Part shown: piece by piece, positions 60,701-64,000 of the stretch
Numbering within the stretch: position 1 is the stretch's first letter
How the letters are laid out: every line of letters begins with the position of its first letter
Assembly: GCA_025594325.1 (NCBI GenBank)
Contig: JANHCV010000014.1
Span: 310,001 to 374,000 of the forward strand
Direction of reading: 5' to 3'
DNA from: Blastocladiella emersonii ATCC 22665
Lineage: Eukaryota; Fungi; Blastocladiomycota
DNA length: 64,000 bases
Translations under genes and position numbers: made by a program
The notes under the pieces: generated by a model
Databases searched by the model: none
What the model was told of the DNA's origin: nothing
What the model saw: the letters and a program-made list of their open reading frames with translations, nothing else

Positions 60701-63610
60701 GACGTGCAGTCGCTCGCCATTCTCGCCGTGCAGATCAAGGACAAGGAGGGCATCGAGCTCCTCATCCAGCTGGCCACGGCGCTGTCCAAGGACGGCGAGC
60801 TCCCCCCGCAAGCAGTTCATGTTCCTACATATTCGCGACCAAGTCCGCGGCGTTCTCGGCATCACGATCCAGTTCTACGATCCCGCGACGATCGAGGCGT
60901 GGTGCTACTTCCACGCCGAGGGCGGCGGCCACAAGGCGTTCCGGTACCTGCGCGGGCCCGGAAAGGCCGTGCCCGCCGGCCTGACTGACGGCGTCCGTCA
61001 CAACGCACACGGCACCCCGCACCTCATCAACCTGTTCATCCCGGACACGCGCACAGTGCAGCGCAAGGCCAAGCAGGACCTGGACAAGAAGAACCCGATC
61101 GGGCTCCAGTACGGCCGCATCGAGGACGTGGCCAAGTACGTGACGGAGCAGAAGGCCAAGGGCAACATCGTGGAAGTGTGTGTCGCGTTCGACGGCACGG
61201 ACAAGCCCAACGAGCCGCGTCACTATGAGGACGGCATCGTCCAAGGCGGCCCAGAGTTTGGTAACCTCGTCAAGGCGTTCAAGCTTCTAGCGGAACCCGG
61301 TGCGGCTCGCTTCGTGCGTTATTGTCGCTCGATACGCGCACCCTGACGTCCCGATCCGCGTGTAGTCCACGACGAGCGCTTCAAGGACGCGTCCGACCCC
61401 AAGTTCGCGCTCCCCGTTGAGCTGATCGACAAGCTCAAGGTCGACGAGCTCAACGACGCGTGCGATGCGGCCGAGCAGGCCGTGTCCGAGTTCCACGCCG
61501 CGCCAGCCGCAGCAGCAGCCGCGGTCGGGTCGGAGAGCGGCGGCGCGGCACCAGCACCGGCCACCGCCCTCCCCGGTTTCAACGAGAAGGACAAGCTTTG
61601 CAAGTGCGCGCAGCAGGTCATCGACACGCTGCGCTACCTCTGCGAGCGCGCGAACGTATACTCGGAGGCGCTCGCTGAAAAAGAGGAGAGGAAGCGGAGC
61701 AAGATCGAGAGCTCCTAGACCTCGGACGCCTCCAAGGAGAAGGCCAAGGTGGCCCTCGCCAAGCTGAGCGCCAAGTGCAGCCGTGTCCATATGTACGCTC
61801 AACAGGTTTGTGGTCGGCGATCATGACCGCTTACCTTTGCTGTGTCTGATTAGGAACATTTCCTGGCTCGAGCTCCACGCGCAGCAGCTCGAACAGCAGG
61901 TGGCCATGGTCATGACTGAGCAGGGCCCGGTCCAGCGCCCAACCAAGGTTGCCCTTGATCTGCTGCAGCTCATCATCGAGGCGCGCGATGGTGCCCACGA
62001 CGCGCTCGTGGCCGACACCGCTGCGGCGACGAAAAATCTCGTCTTCACCGTGACCGACCACGCGCTCAACAACCTGCAGTTCGTGGTCGCTCGCCTTCTC
62101 GTCGCATCCGAGTCCGCCAGCATCATTCTACCCGTACTGCGGTACATCAACTACGAGCTCAAGAAAGCTGGTATCTCGGTGGCCGCCCAAGCGTACGTTC
62201 TCCTCGTCCCACATCAGCGGCGCTTGCTGACAGGGAGTTTGCTTGTATAGGAGCGACGGCTCGAACGCCAACTGCCTCATGGGTCGCGGACCTGGCGCGG
62301 CGTGCTACCCGCAGATGGTTCGTGACGCGCAAGCGCAGTGGAAGAACATGGAGGAAGATGCGCTGCGCGAGTGGTTCAACTGCAACGTCGATTCGGCCAT
62401 GTCGCTGCTCAACAACTCGAGCGACGTCAAGGCCAAGTGGAATGAGCACTACTTCACGACCTGGAAGAAGGACGTGCACATCAAGGCCATCATCGAGGTC
62501 CGCGACAAGCTGAGACGGAGCCCTTCCGCGACGGTCACACAGGCGGCGTTCACGAGCGTGCAGACGGTGCTGTGGATCGACGCGCGCCTGAAGCTCAACC
62601 CCAAGCACGACGTACGGCGAGTACCATGGGTTCCTGTGATTCGAGTCGGGCTCGACGGTCAGCTGCACGAGATCGTGACGGTGCACGACCGCGACCACGC
62701 GTTCAAGCGCGCCGCGATCCACTTCAGCGAGAGCTCCATTGAGGGCAAGACGGACCACACGCTGATCGACAAGATCATCAAGCTGTTCCCCGAGGTGCTC
62801 GGCCCAAAGTGGAAGAAACGCGATCGACAAAACGTTCCCGAGGCGCTACGGCTGTTCTCAATGGAGTGCATCGACAAGGTGCGCGAGGCGGCCGGACCCA
62901 ACAACGAAAAAGGTACTGGACTCTGCATCATCCTCAACACCTGCCGGAAGCTCCAGGACGCGATGAACAGCTCCGACCTCGACATTGAGCAGCGGCACCA
63001 GCTCGTCAACGAGGCCGGCAGCATCTTCTACCTCGCGTTCCTCGAGAAGTGGTGTTTGGCCGACGGCGGGTCGCCGACCAAGTACGTGTCCGGCATCCCC
63101 GCCTGCACCATCACGGCCCTGTTCAGCATCATCGGCGCGTTCAAGGCCTTTGACGAGCGCTACGCTCGCGCCAACCCAGAGCCGAACGCCAAGCCGTGGC
63201 GCCAGCGCTTCCTCACCACCGACATGGTCGAGGCGTACTTCTCGGGCTGCCGCAACGCGTGGGGTCAGGACGGGCGCGCCAAGTCCAACACGCTGCCGCG
63301 CATCGTGATCCTGCTCGCCATGAGCAAGGCCGACCACTCGGCCGAGCAGCTCGCGAAGCCGTTTGACGAGCTCGGCGGGTTCGTCGGGTCCTTGTCGCGG
63401 CACTCGATGATCGGCGGGTACAAGCGCAACACGGGCGTGTGGGGGACGATGCGCGGCGAGGGATGGGCACGCGGCACTCCGATCGCTCCCGCCGCCCCCG
63501 CCGACCGCCCGCGCAAGCGCCCAGCAGACGAAGTCGAGGGCGGCATCGAGTCGAGACCGAGCAACCGCGGCTTCCACCGCAACGGCACTCATGTGGGTCC
63601 CCAGTCGTAG
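60701..63610 (+). pseudogene. P-element/THAP9-like DDE transposase, multi-exon, +1 frameshift in a C6 run (60802-60807)
   Basis: GGHKAFRYLRGP, NLFIPDTRTVQR, VCVAFDGTD (D), FTVTDHALNN (D), RFLTTDMVEAYFSGCR (cf. P-family QDxLENxFxxxR; E). Superfamily assignment is by eye. Confidence 0.58.
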
Positions 63611-63973
63611 GCACGGTCGGCGAGATCGTGCCGGGCGCAGCTTCGCGCCGCGCGCCGAGTCCAACGGGTCACGGGCCCGCGAGGGAAGTCAGAGATCGGG
63701 CAGTTGCAGCAAGAGAGAACATTTTTGTAATGCATAGTTATCATGTTTATTGCGATCCACGGGCTTGCCGAGGTCGAAGAGGGAGAGAAGAGCGGCCGAG
63801 GCGAGGTGGCGGGTGGCGCAAGCGGAGGACTGAGAGGCGGATTGGAGTGGCAGTCTATGGCACGCGTCGGCTTCCCTGTGTCGATCATCGCTTCCACAGC
63901 GCGCGCGGTTGTCGCCCCCCTGAGCGCGGCGTCCCGATGGTTTCCGACGCGACGGTCACGCGCTGGGGTCGCG

Positions 63974-64000
63974 CGCTTTCACGCCGCGGCCGGTCCGGAG
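63974..64000 (-). repeat. Inner part of the right terminal inverted repeat
   Basis: Reverse complement reads CTCCGGACCGGCCGCGGCGTGAAAGCG, versus left TTCCGGACCAGGCGCGGCGTG..AAAGCG. Confidence 0.6.

Larger units (their letters stand above)
55756..64000. mobile_element. Putative composite TIR DNA transposon (>8.2 kb; right end runs out of the window)
   Basis: Inverted repeat between 55791-55828 and 63974-63999 (18/20 match plus AAAGCG); contains two transposase-like genes; left boundary coincides with interruption of a host gene. The exact left end (CAGTG at 55756) is inferred. Confidence 0.62.

Overview
GC-rich eukaryotic genomic window with short GT-AG introns (mostly ~55-75 nt; GTACG donors, CTGAC/CTAAC branch points). 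A flagellar gene (IFT54) together with fungal-type histones, OPT and NVJ2 points to a zoosporic fungus (chytrid/blastoclad-like); this is an inference. Two housekeeping blocks, 1-14 kb (CBP3, SMC4, IFT54, H2B, H4, H3) and 38.7-52.4 kb (CIA1, PFDN2, MOK, NVJ2, RluA-type PUS, OPT), flank an accessory region at 14.7-38.6 kb. That region holds (i) eight copies of an F-box-like/ankyrin-like family (A1-A8; two intact), partly arranged as an inverted duplication that also copied histone H3 around an intronless Old Yellow Enzyme gene, and (ii) six tandem copies (B1-B6) of an unannotated ~320-385 aa family. Motif by motif, family B reads like the N-terminal half of a fungal non-LTR (L1/Tx1-type) reverse transcriptase that has lost its catalytic aspartates and stops before the YADD motif, so it is a candidate domesticated dead-RT family. 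Families A and B share a nucleotide motif just after the ATG but read it in different frames. A PIF1-helicase C-terminal remnant sits inside the B array. The last ~8.2 kb looks like one TIR-bounded composite DNA transposon inserted just after the start codon of an F-box-like paralog. It carries an intact Harbinger DDE transposase, a convergent repeat-rich ORF and a frameshifted P-element-like transposase. No tRNA, rRNA or CRISPR array was recognised. All family assignments come from reading motifs by eye, not from database searches.
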